Source: Torpedo marmorata (Eukaryota). Taken from it: DNA of 64,000 nucleotides. Positions 1-12,608 of the stretch are shown in pieces; position 1 is the first letter of the stretch, and each line of letters begins with the position of its first letter. Made by a program: the position numbers and the translations under genes. The stretch spans positions 88,474,001 to 88,538,000 of the forward strand of contig OZ360227.1 of assembly GCA_977017645.1 (NCBI GenBank), written 5' to 3'. The notes beneath the pieces are model-generated. The model searched no databases and was not told the origin of the DNA. It saw only the letters and a list, made by a program, of their open reading frames with translations.

Positions 1-2640
1 ATCCACCTTTATACTCTTTAAAATAGCCAATACTACCTCCTCATTCATCTTTATATTATCCATGACCTCACTGCCAGATTTCCTTACCTCACCTGGCTCA
101 ATATTCCTTTCCTTTGTAAATACTGAAGAAAAAAATTCATTTAAAATCTCCCACATCTCCTCTGACTTCTCACATAGCCCACCCGTCTGATCCTCAATGG
201 GCCCAATTTTATCCCTCACTATTCTTTTGCTTTTAATGTACCTGTAGAAACCCTTTGGATTTATTTTTACCTTGCCTGCCAAAGCAGCCTCATATATAGT
301 TTTAGCCTTTAATTTATTTCTTAAGATTTTTTTTACACTCCTTATATTCCTCAAGGACCTCATGTATTCCCTGCTGTCTATACCTGTTGTACACATCCCT
401 CTTCCTCCGAACCAAATTCCCAATATCCTTTGAAAACCAAGGCTCCCTATATTTTCTAACTCTTCCTTTCATCCTCACAGGGACGAACCGACTCTGTACT
501 CTCAAAATTTCCCCTTTGAATATCCTCCATTTATCTGTGACATCCTTTCCTAAAAATAAATTACCCAATCCACACCCTCTAAATCCTTCCTCATCTCCTT
601 GAAATTTGCCTTATTACAATCAAGAATCTCAACCTTAGGCCCAGCCCTATCCTTCTCCATTATCAACCTAAAACTAATGGTATTATGATCACTAGACCCA
701 AAGTGTTCCCCAACACAAACCTCTGTCACCTGACCTATCTCGTTCACAAATAGGAGATCCAATACTGCCCCCTCTCTCATTGGTTCTTCTATGTATTGAT
801 TTAAAAAACTTTCCTGAACGCATTTGACAAACTCCAACCCATCCTGCCCTATTACAGTATGGGCGTCCCAGTCAATGTGTGGAAAGTTAAAATCATCTAT
901 AATCACCACCTTATGTTTATTACACATATATTCTATCTCCTTACAAATTTCCTCCTCTAATTCCCTCTGCCCATTCGGTGTCTACAATACACACCCATTT
1001 GTATTTTCATGCCTTTCCCATTCCTCAATTCCACCCAAATAGCCTCACTGGACGAGCCCTCCAATCTATCCTGCCGTAGCACCGCTGTAATGGTTTCTCT
1101 AACAAGCACTGCGACTCCTCCACCTTTTATCCCCCCAGTTCTATCACGCCTAAAACAACGGAATCCAGGAATATTTAGCTGCCAATCATGCCCCTCCTGC
1201 AACCAAGTTTCACTGATGGCTACAATATCATATTTCCATGTATCAATCCATACTCTAAGCTCATCCACCTTTCTTACAATGCTCCTTGCTTTGAAATATA
1301 TACACTTGAGAGAATGTCCCCCACATACACTCCTTTGATTACCCTCTCCTTCATTAACTTTAACATTCTGGCTCCTCTCTTCCTTCAAATCTAGGTGATC
1401 TTCTACCCTACTCTCCACATTCTCATTCTGATTCCCACCCCCCTGCCAAACTAGTTTAAACCCTCCCCAACAGCTCTAGCAAACTTACCTGCCAGGATAT
1501 TAGTCCCCCTCCAGTTCAAGTGCAGCCCGTCCCTTTTGAACAGGTCAGACCTTCCCCAGAAGAGATCCCAATGATCCAAAAATGTGAACCCCTGCCCCCA
1601 GCACCAACTCTTTAGCCACACATTCATCCTCCACATCTTCCTATTCCTACCCTCTCTAGCGCGTGGCACAGGCAGCAATCCTGAGATTACCATCCTCGAG
1701 GTCCTGCTTTTTAACTTCCTTCCTAACTCCTTATATTCCTTCTTCAGGACATCATCCCCATTTCTTTCCATGTCATTGGTCCCCACGTGGACCACGACAC
1801 CTGGCTGCTCGCCCTCCCCCTCCAGAATGCTGTGTACTCGATCAGAGACATCCTTGACCCTGGCACCTGGAAGGCAACATACCAACTGGGAGCTCCGATC
1901 TCGTCCAGCAAACCTCCTATCTGTTCCTCTAACCAGCGAGTCCCCATTACAAAAGCTCTCCTCTTTTCCCCCCTTCCCTTCTGATCCGAGGGGCCATCCC
2001 CCGTGCCAGAGACCTGACCCCCGCGACTTGTCCCTGCCCCAACAGTATCCAAAACAGTATACTTATTATTGAGGGGAATGGCCACAGGGGTTCCCTGCAC
2101 TGTCTGTCTCCCCCCCTTCCCTTTCCTCACAGTCACCCAGTTAGCTGACTCCTGTCTATTTAGGGTGACTGTCTCCCTGAAACTCCTTTCTATGACTACC
2201 TCTGTCTCCCTCATGATCCGAAGTTCATCCAGCTGCAACTCCAGTTCCCTAACATGGTCTCAGGAGCTGCATCTGGATGCACCTTTTGCAGGTCTGGTCA
2301 TCAGGAACATTTGTGATATCCCTGACCTCCTACATCCTGCATTCGGAACACATGACTAACCAAACTGCCTCCATAACCCCCTCTTAACTACAACTAGATT
2401 AAATAGGAATAAACTTATCAACCTTACCGGTAGCACTACCTCAGCTTCTTCTCTCCGAAGCCTCTTGAGCCAAAGCCTCAGTGCTCCACTCCTTCCCTGT
2501 GCCACTCACTCACTGGCCACACCCTCAACTTCCCTTCCTGTTATAGGTCACTGCTAATTAACTCTAATACCCAATTTCTTTCTACTACTAATCACCACTT
2601 AACCTAGCCCTAGGCCCGAAAAAGCGCCCTTTTTAAACTA
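1..2640 (-). mobile_element. CR1-clade LINE, 5' portion (degraded ORF1 and start of ORF2), continuing past the left edge
   Basis: Frameshifted ORFs. ORF1 has a Cys-rich N-terminus (about 2260-2374) and SGNH esterase motifs (VVVHVGTND, DGLHLN; 1451-1885). ORF2 has APE endonuclease motifs (AISETWL, GGGVAVLV, DDFN, SSDHN; 550-1418). This is the known CR1 layout. Confidence 0.9.
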
Positions 2641-3034
2641 AATTTACGTCCAAAAATTACTCACCAAGCACCAGTCACAAGTCAGGGTTTGGCATACTGG
2701 TTAAACTGTCTGACTAACAATCTCAGCAATGATCCTGAGTTCAAATCCCAGCAAGGCAGCTGTGCTATTTAAATATAATCAATAATCTGGAACAGTGCTT
2801 CCCGACCTGTGGACCACACGTTTATATGGGTGGTCTCGGGTGAAGGCAAATATACCTGATATAATGAACAAGTAATATGTAAAACAAGATTGGGATATGA
2901 CGACAAAAAAACAAAAATTCTTTTATCTTGCCACCAAAACAAAACAAAGTTCCCGTCAGGGGTCTGGGAAAGGGCTCAAGCTCAGCAGCCATCCTCCCCC
3001 TCCCACACTGATGGGGCCTGGGTTTGTTACCCTG

Positions 3035-3475
3035 TCAGAGTGCATCACTGCATGGTGTGCTAACCGTTCCTCTCAAGAACGCAAGAAACTGCAGAGGGTT
3101 GTGAACGTGTTTCAGTCTATCGCACAAACCCCTCTCCCCTCCATCAACTCTATTTATAACTTTCACTGTCTTGGAAAAGCAGCCAACATATTAAAAGATT
3201 CCTTCTATCCTGGACAAATTCTCTTCACCTTGTCCCATCAGGAAGAAGTTTAATAAGTTCATGCACCACCAAATGCAAGGTCAGTTTCTTTCCTACTGTT
3301 ATCGTACTCCTGAATGAACCTCGCAATAGTAAAATTATGCTCTGCCCCATCTGATTTCTCCCTTCTGTACTATGCACTTTTGTACTTGCTATATTATGTA
3401 TCAAACATCTAGCTAGACTGCTTGCAAAACAAACTTTATCACTGCACCTTAGTTCATGTGACGTTATATTTGAAC
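3035..3475 (+). mobile_element. Old 3' fragment of a Rex1/Babar-like LINE
   Basis: Translation CITAW...KKLQRVVN...CLGKAANILKD matches the C-terminus of the element at 53530-53840. Confidence 0.7.
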
Positions 3476-5759
3476 AGCAACTTATAGATGGTCTGCAGTA
3501 AGTAAAGGCAGTCTGTGGGTGAAAACTACTGAACTGCTGATCTGGAATTTAAAAAAATAAAGCCTTACTAATGATGATGTCAAGCCATCTTATTCACCTT
3601 CAGGAGTAAACCTGCTCACCTTCTTGTCTGGTTTATATGTGACTCCAAATGAGGCTGATTCTTAAATGGCTCAGCAAACCACTCAATTCAGGGGTAGTGA
3701 GGAATGGACAATAAATGATTCCTTGCCAGGGACAATCCAGATAGTGAAGAAAGGTGCAACACTGTTTTGTCCAGTATTTAGCCCATAGTGTGCCATGTGC
3801 TGGAAGTTCAAATCTGCTTTAAACTGGAGCTCAATATTTTGTTTTCAAAATAAAAGATCATCATTCCGAGGAACTGACTACAAGTCTTACAATTCAAAAC
3901 ATGATAAGGTGACCTGCCTATTTTTTCCAATTGGTTGCAACAAAAAATATTTTTTTCCTTTCTTTGTCCGTACAGTAAATAGAAAACAAAAGTGCACATC
4001 TGCATGGATCTGCCACAGATGTACCTGTGACTGGGCTGTTAGGCTTTGCAACCACAACTGTATCAAATATTACAGAACAGGGTCCAGTCCAGTGGTAATT
4101 TTGTTAGCATACTTGACAGCAGCTCCAAATCCATGGAGGTGTAAAGAGCAGCATAACTTTGGAAAACACCCGCACAAGATTTGGGTGAGAGAAGTGTTAA
4201 AACATGTTGGAGGAAGAAACCTCCATCACACCCAAAAAGAGACTGGAATACCACATGAGATACCACAACCAACAAGACTATGAACCAAGCTGGGAGGAGA
4301 CATACTCAATGGGCTGAATGGCCTTTATATTTCCAATAAACCTCTGTGATTCCACAATTCATTACTTTTGCTACTCTGAGTACGTTGCATAAGCACACAG
4401 CCTTGAGGCGCTCCCAACTGATTCTATTGTTTCACTGAACATAAAATAACAAGGGAAATATGATACAGAAGGAGGTCATTTGACCTAACTAATCCATGCC
4501 AGCATTTATACTTCACTGGAGTCTCCTTGCATCTTTCTCCAATGACAGCTAGCCTTCTATTCATTCTCCTTTTTCCAGCCTTCCCTCAAATACATCCAAA
4601 ATATTCACCTTAACATGTGATAGCGAGTTCCACGTTCTCACCACTCTTGGTGGTAGTTGCTTCTGCATTCTACAATGGATTTGACAGTGACTGTATGAAA
4701 GATAGCTCTCGTTATACTTTTTCCTGGGTCAGTATTTCTTCCCGAATTCACTCTGACAAAACCCTCTGTTTTCTCCTCAGCCTTTTCTCAAGAGAAAACA
4801 GATGAAGTCCATTCACCCATCCCTGATGTACCTCTTCACATCCCTGGTGGCATTCTTGTAAATCTTCTCAATATCTTCTCTATTGCTTCTGTATGTGCTG
4901 GATAAATTTGGTGGCCAGAATTGCATGCAAAATCTGACATTCTTTCAACAGGTTGTCCCTCTCAAAAAAGGTAAAGGACATTGCCAACCAGATGAAAATC
5001 AAAACAAATGTGCAGATACTGGAAAGACGAAATAAAAATTGAAAATGCTTAAAATATTCAGCAGGTCAGGTGATATTTTCTGTTTAAAATCCAAATGACT
5101 TTCCACAATCAGACTGGGTACTAACTTTTTGTGTGCCAGCAAATCTGCTAAATCAATTCCAGATCTTTTTCTAGAATGAAAGTTCTGTTGCAAACTCATT
5201 CCTTAGCCCAGCACCTAATTACTGGTCACTCAGTATGGAAGTGAGTGGGCAGGTTGAAGGTACCGTTACAGCCTGAAGCTTCATTGTCTGGTGATGATGG
5301 CCATTTGCAAGCCCAGGCTGTGTGTGACCTGTGATGACACAGCCAAACAGATAGCACTGTGGTTAACCAAAGTAGAAGGTTTATTGGAAGCTTTTCCTTC
5401 CACCCACTTCAATGCTGGCAGTCGAGGCTGGAGAATTGGCTCACTAGTGTCTATCAACATGTCCCTGTACTCTACTGATGAGAAGTCCAAGGCTCTTATT
5501 CTGAGTTCCCGCTCTCTTTAATGGTGGCAATTAAGTTACCTGTGTCCACAGCAATAAAATACTTGGAAAACTGGCCCATGTGTGCAATCAAAACCCAAAC
5601 CTGGAATCCACTGCTGCTTACCACCTCTGATGATTTGTTAAGGACATTATTGTGACTGAAGTGGAAAACTGATGCATGCAGAAAAAAACTCAGGCTCAAC
5701 CTGATCCATTGAAGATTCACCTACAAACCCCTTTTCCAGAAATTGCCCACCACTTTAAA

Positions 5760-6960
5760 AATGATTTCATGCAAACATACAAAGTTGGAGTGTAAGTAGC
5801 CCACTTGGCCCCTCAAACCAGCTCTGCCCTTTATTACCATCATGGCTGGCCTCCTTGTAACTTCTGCTCTGAATTCCCATCTACCCAAGGTAATCTTTCG
5901 TTCCTCAGCTTCCACAACCCTTTGAGAAAAAGTTGTAATGAGTAATGACCCTCTAAGAAAACCTTTCACCTTACTGCGTGTAAAATACCTTATTATTAAA
6001 CAGTGAACACTAATCCTCCACAAGAGGGAACATCGTCTCCACATTCACCCTGTCATGACCCCTTAAGATCTTGTATGTTTAAGTCATCATTATTGTAAAT
6101 TCAAACCTAACCTATCCAACCTTTCCCTATAAAACAAGCTGTCCAATCCTGATATAAGTGCAGTTCACCTTCTCTGAATTCTTTATTAACATCCTTCATT
6201 AAATAAGAAGACTAATACTGTGCACCTGCTCCAGATATGCAACACCCTGTCTCACTGAAACACAATGTCCCTATTTTTAAATTTAAATCCCCTATCAACA
6301 AGTAGTGAAAGTCTGTTAACTTTCCGAATTATTTGCAGCCTAACATGAATCATAAACCTGGTCATATTGATGAAGACAATTTCAGATATTCCCACATTTT
6401 ACACCATTTGCCAGACCTCGGCCACACGTTTATCGTATTTGTACCCCTTTGTATTCTTCTTCTGTCCTCTTCACATGCTATTTCCCTCTCTCTGCTGTCA
6501 GTAAATTTAGGAAACACACCTTCAATTTCTTCATCCAAGACATTTGTATAATATGTGGAAAAACCCAGCATCGATCCCTGTGGTATTCCACCTGACAGAT
6601 CTTGTTAAGCAGAAACAGACCTATTTATGTCTAGGCTCTGTTTCCCATTAGCCAGGTAATCTTCTATCCACTCTAGTGTTATTTTTAACACCATGTTTGT
6701 ATTTTCTGCAATAATTTTTTATGTTGCAGTTTATCAAATGACTTCTGGAAATCTATGTAGAGTACATCCACCAGTTCCCCTTTATCCGCAGCATATTTTA
6801 CTTCAGTGAACGTTTTGTGGAACATTTCAAAGCATTTCATCAAAACGGTGATAGGTTGTGGAGATCTGAGGTGTAGAGACATCAATGTATCTGATACCTT
6901 AACGATTCAAATGCTCATCTAGATACTTCTCAAATGTGAGAATCTCTGCCTCCACCGACC
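5760..6960 (-). mobile_element. Highly degraded CR1-type LINE RT/3' fragment
   Basis: RT-like peptide VDVLYIDFQKSFDK (6685-6885) and FSQRVV near 5920, with many stops. Confidence 0.65.
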
Positions 6961-6964
6961 CCTC

Positions 6965-8035
6965 ATTTAATGATAGCTTTTAAAAAAAATATTTTATTTA
7001 AAATTTTAAATCACAGAATACATAAAATAAAATATGAAATTATCAAAATATTTGTGATACATTTTCACCCCCCCACCCTCCCCTCCCCAACCCTTCCAAC
7101 CCCACTAATCTAATAAAAATAAAAATATAAAATAAAAAATATAAAATAAAAATAAAGAAAGAAAAAAAAAGAAAGAAAAGATAGAGTAAGGAGAATGCCA
7201 ATCTAAAAACATACATCTATAAACTAATTCTATTATGGAGGTCAGGTATGCCAGTAGATCCGATGCCCTGAGATCTTCAAATCCTTAAACCAACAACTTT
7301 CATATATGAGCTCCACATTTTTAAAAAGAAATGATATTTATTACGTAAATTATAGGTAATTTTTTCAAGTGGTATACACGAACGAAGTTCTGCATGCCAT
7401 CTTTCTAACCCTAAATCTAGATCAGATTTCCAAGTAATAGCAATACATTTCTTTGAAACAGCTAAAGCAATTTGCAAAAATTCTATTTGATACATATTTA
7501 ATTTCATCTTAATACTAAATTTTCTAATATCTCCAAACAAAAATATCATAGGATCCATTGGAAATGTAATCTTAAATACTTTATCTAAAAATTTTTTAAC
7601 TTTCAACCAAAAATCATAAACTTTTGGACAAAACCATGTAGAATGTACAAAAGAACCTTCCTCTTTATTACATCTAAAACATAAACCTGATAATGTCGGA
7701 TTAAATTTCTTTAATTTTTTAGGTGTTAAATATAATTGATGAAAAAAATTGTATTGTACTAATCTATATCTAACATTAATAATCTTCGTCATACTTAATT
7801 TACATAATTCTTTCCAATGATTTTCATCTATTGTTACATTCAAATCTAATTCCCATTTTATCTTGATTTATGAATTCCTACTTTAGAAGTTTTCCTCTGG
7901 AACAATTTATACATTTGAGAAATAAATTTATTTACATCTCCTTTAGTAACTATTAATTCTAATTCATTCTGTCTTGGTAAAATCAAACTATAACCTAATT
8001 TCTCAATCAAAAATGCTCTTATTTAATGATAGCTT
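6965..8035 (-). mobile_element. 5'-truncated L1 (ORF2 C-terminus and 3' UTR) with a 15-bp TSD
   Basis: ORF 7277-7843 closely resembles the C-terminus of the 37281 ORF2 (CFRC...H...C knuckle). TSD ATTTAATGATAGCTT at 6965-6979 and 8021-8035. Confidence 0.93.
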
Positions 8036-8129
8036 GTAACATTTTCCCGATTACATATGTTAAGGTAACTGGTCTACATCTCGCATTACAATTGAATTTG
8101 GACTGATTTGAGGCTCTGTAAACTGTATT

Positions 8130-9100
8130 AGAACATAAGAAATGCACACTCTTCAGCTCTCGTGCCTGCTCTACCATTGGGTAAGATCATATTTTATATT
8201 TTGCTGAACTACCACTTTCCTAGCTTCTGTGGGCTTCTTTACTAGAGAATTACCCTTGAGATGAAGACATTTCTTCTCATCTCCAACCTGACCGGATGAC
8301 TGTTTTTATTTTGCAGGTGTTGCTCTGGATCCAGACACCCATCCTGCCAGACCACAGAATAATTTTGTAAGCTTCAATTAGATCACTTTTCATTTTTCTA
8401 AACTCCAGTGAGTGTAGGTCTTGTCTGCTTCATCTCCCCTCAAAGGACAAACCCACCATCCCAGGAATCAATCTGGTGTAGTTATGTTGCACTCTCTATT
8501 ACAAGTACATCCTTCTTTAGCTAAGCAGACCAAACCTATGCAAAATACTCCAGCTGTAGTCTCACCAAGTTCCCACACAATGGAAGAAAGACACATCTAC
8601 AGTTGAACTAAATTCATGTAAATAAAGTCAACAATTCCTTCCTAATTGCATGTTAACGTTCAATGATTTATTTGCAAGAATACCCATGTCCCTCTAAGCA
8701 CCAACAATTTTCTATCTATCTAAAATACTATTTTTTCTATTTTTCCACCAGTTGTTTATCCACATTTATTTACCATTTGCCCATTCACTTCACTGCTCAA
8801 CATCCCCCTTAACATTTTGTGCATCCTCCTCATAGCCCAGCTTAATATCATCAGCAAACTTGCTTATATTTCACTTGATCCTCTTAACCAAATCACTGAA
8901 ATTGAGAATAGCTGTGGCCACAACCCTTTGTTAATTGGTTCATCCTTATTTGTTCTTCTAGTTCTAATCTCTAAAACTCTCATAAAAGGTTTGCCCAGCA
9001 TGATTCCCTCTCCACAGATCCAAGTTGACACTACCCAATCTTCACACTGCTCTCACTCTGTTGGAAAATTTAAGTTGTTACCACCTTTTCCTAACAGTAT
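8130..9100 (-). mobile_element. Very old CR1-like LINE remnant
   Basis: Degenerate resemblance to the other minus-strand CR1 3' pieces; no intact ORF. Confidence 0.4.
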
Positions 9101-10799
9101 CTTCCATATGGTATCCTAGGAAACAACATTAATCAAGGCTGACACAAGGGAAATTTCTTCCAAAAATTATTGTTTGAAAGGAAACAAAGCTCGTCTTCTC
9201 TCCAACACTATTTTTATTTTATTTCCAAACCCTGATGATTGTCCAAGCCCAAGAAAGTGATCATTCAAATATAGCTAATGTATGCATTTCTGCCAGAGAG
9301 CATAATCTTAATCTCAACATAGCATTTGAAAGTATTGTTTCACTTAAATGCTTTCAATAAGGGCAAAGAAAAATCCCTTCATAAATAATTTCACTTTTAA
9401 AAGTCTCATTTTATTGTTGTGTTAGGTTAGGTATCATTGTACGCTGCAAACACTGGATAACAAAGGCTAGACTCAAAAAGTTAATTGCCTTTTTATTGTG
9501 GCTTTAATGTAGAAAAGAACAAGGTTTGTCACAGAGGTGTAATTAACAAAGGAATTGTGATGAAAAGGTAGATCAGAGATGTGGGTTTTAAGGGAGGCTG
9601 TAAAGGAGGAGAGGGAGGTGGGGAGTTTCAGAGAAGAATTCCAAAGTTTGAGGCCAAAGCACCTGCAGGCACATCTGTCAATGATGGAGTGGAGGAACTC
9701 GGGTTATTCATAAACTGGCAAAGAGTTTTGGAGAACTGATGCACTGAAGAACTCATTTAATGGCACCTTGGTGGTTCATGTGCAGGGGGAGAAGGATGTC
9801 TCCTCCATCCTAGTTCACTACTCTGCCTGAGTGGACTTTCCTCCTCCCCCCTCCCTCACCAAACCCAATCCAGGTGATCGATCGCTCCTTCCTTTCAGTT
9901 GCTGCCTCAATGATGCAGATGTGAAGCAAGTAAACTCATTTATAAACTTCCTCCACATTGGGTTTTGTGGGGGAATGATGGAGAAAGTGGATGGTAAATG
10001 TGTGTGTGTTTGTCTGTGTGTGCATGTGCACACACGTGCGTGTGTATTTATGGCACTGTGGAAGTCATTTTTATAAATCCAGTGGTCATGATACTTAATT
10101 CTGGAATTGTTTTATTGAGCATGGGCTATTGGTATGTACCTACTGGTAATTCACTGCCATCTCCAAATCACCTTCTCTGACCCTTGGTGCTCTCTCTATG
10201 GTTCTTCCTCCTCTCTCTCCGACACGACAACCATAATGTGTGCTGCAATAATACAGCTGCCTTTGGAGTGTACCTTTAAGACCTGGCACCTTCCTCTGCT
10301 GCACAGTGAAGATGCAGCAGCTGGGATAAATTGGACATGCTCCTACCATGTTCTGCTCATGTTAAGATTTAATTCATTCTCTTGATAGGAAGCCACACAA
10401 TTGTTTGCAGCCCATTTTATATTATTATTGAAGATTCAAAATGGCACTGTTATTATGGCACACCAAAAATGGTGGAATTCAAGTTATGGGCCTGGATTTA
10501 TAAGTAGCTCAGTGCAATCTTGGGGAGTGTGTGGATACAGGCACAGGATAAGGGTCTGGAGTCTGTGTTAAGAACAAGATGCAAAGCCTTGGGTCTTCCC
10601 AGTTACTGATCTGCATCAATAGTTGAAGCTCAGTCACTGATTATTGAGCACCACAGCAGGCTGCGGCCTGTTCCCTCACTCAGACAATGCACCATATGTG
10701 ACAATAAAATGCTAATGTAAGTGAGGGGGGCAATTTCTGATCTCACTGATTACGGTAATGGGAATACAGCAAAGCACTATAAATGGATTCTAAATATCA

Positions 10800-11030
10800 A
10801 TTTAACCTTTGTGGAAAGGTACAGCATCCACCCTTGGCTGTTGGCACAAAGAGTTGTTCCTCCCCTGTCATTTCTGCCAGCTGCAACTAGACTCCACCAA
10901 TAGACACAACTACCCCTCATCATCCCTTTCCACCTTCCGCAGGGATCACTCCCTCTGTGACTCCCTTGTCCGCTCATCCTTTCCCACCCACCTTTCTGTG
11001 ATGCCTGGTACTTTCTCCTGCAACCACAAG
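10800..11030 (+). mobile_element. Penelope-like element fragment
   Basis: Reads FRRDHSLCDSLVRSS, matching FRTDRSLHDSLVHSS in the Penelope-like copy at 57035-57451. Confidence 0.7.
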
Positions 11031-12431
11031 TTGGTATTTTAAATGTGATCAATGCCAGTACCCACACTGGATACTCTCCCATCAACCCAGAGGGACAGGC
11101 ACCAGGTGGGATCCCCATTCATAAACCCAGATTAAGATCACGGAACTGGCTCAATTGGCAAACAATAATATAGTGCAGGAAAGGCTGAAATTAGACCCAG
11201 ACTATTCTACTTTAATGCTTTACTGAGTTAGGGAATAATGAGCAGGTATAGGCCCATCAAACCCACCCCACTGAAGCATATGGTAATTATAACAGTCATG
11301 TGCCTGATTAGGTACAAGACACAATGAAGCCTTCGTACATATGGGGCTCTCCATTACACAATTTCTGATATTGCGGAGAATGTTAAGCCAGTTTGTGGTT
11401 GATATGCTCAAGAATGATATGGCTGTGTCTGAATTTGTACCATTACACATGGAAAACATGTAGAGTAACCCCATTACTGTACCAAATAACCAAGGTGTAC
11501 GTGGACTGATGTATGATCTCCATCTTAATGCATTGTCCATCACAACTTCCTACACTCTTTGTAATTAAGGCCTGGTAACAATGAATTAATGAGTTTGACA
11601 TGGTCAGTAAATAAAGATACAAAATATATCCATAATATAAAATCATTTCTGAAAATATGTTTATACTATTGATGTGAACTTTTTTTGCTGCTGGACTTCA
11701 GTATGAACAATGGTTTCTGTAGCTCTATCAATCTCTAAAGCACAGTTTTGTTCCTGAGTTAGGTGCTGATAATGCATTCAGGCCTAGAATAATGGACCTT
11801 TGCACCAACACAGCAGTTCTAGTGGAAATTAATCCTAAACTGATTTCTGATCTGTCCAGCAGTATTGGTTTCTTTCTTTCATAAAGGGCTCTCCCAATGT
11901 TTCAGATGTTTAAGGAGACACAAGAGTGTGTCCATGAGCAGTGCGTAGGCCAGCAGTACAGTGAAAAATACTGCTTTAGGTTGCAAACTCCAGAAAATTA
12001 CTGTGTCTCCTTGAAATATTGATACTGTATCATGGTGATTGTATTCATTGTATACATGGTGTATCATGGTGATTGTATACATTTCTAATTCACAAAATAT
12101 AAAGTTAATAGGTTTTCCACTTTAAATTAGTATTGGGTGATTTCTGATGCAATAGAATTCAATGATATTGTAATAATGATTACAAAACTCTCACCCTCAA
12201 ACCACTTGCTGTCCTATTGATATGAATTCTGTGATATTTTACCAATATGATGTTATATTTCGTATAAATAGAGAACAACTGTTCACTGCTGAGACAATTT
12301 ACATGCAGTGAAACCCAACTGATTAATCAATTTCACTCTCTGCAAGTTTCTGTTGCTAGAGTTAAGGATGAAACTGCTCACCAAATCAGAGAACATAAAC
12401 AGCAGTCAAGGAAAAAATACTCAGGACCTAC

Positions 12432-12608
12432 CATGAGCCTGTGCTGCAGAACTGTGGGAATATCCAAGTGATAATAGGGCTGTCTCAATGAGCTGATTGA
12501 ACAACACGTCTTTACGAATCAGCACAAATTCAGCATGCTCTTCCTTCCCTTCGCTCTCCACAGGGTTGTCCGACTGCTCCACCACACAAAATACTGGCAG
12601 GGTAGACC
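12432..12608 (-). CDS. SATB2: SATB2 second coding exon (start of the ubiquitin-like oligomerisation domain, ULD)
   Basis: 177-nt phase 1/1 exon with a ttcttccttattcag acceptor and a G|gtaggt donor. It translates (G)[58 protein letters not shown], the SATB-family ULD, in frame with the upstream exon. It is not in the ORF track. Confidence 0.95.

Noticed and set aside
3795-5720. Assorted 60-160 aa ORFs in the intron
   Set aside because: No recognisable domains or coherent splice structure; consistent with chance ORFs.
1-12431. Next SATB2 exon (expected GIIKLGRWNPLPL-like)
   Set aside because: Not found on reading the minus strand. It probably lies left of the window, so this region is treated as intron.
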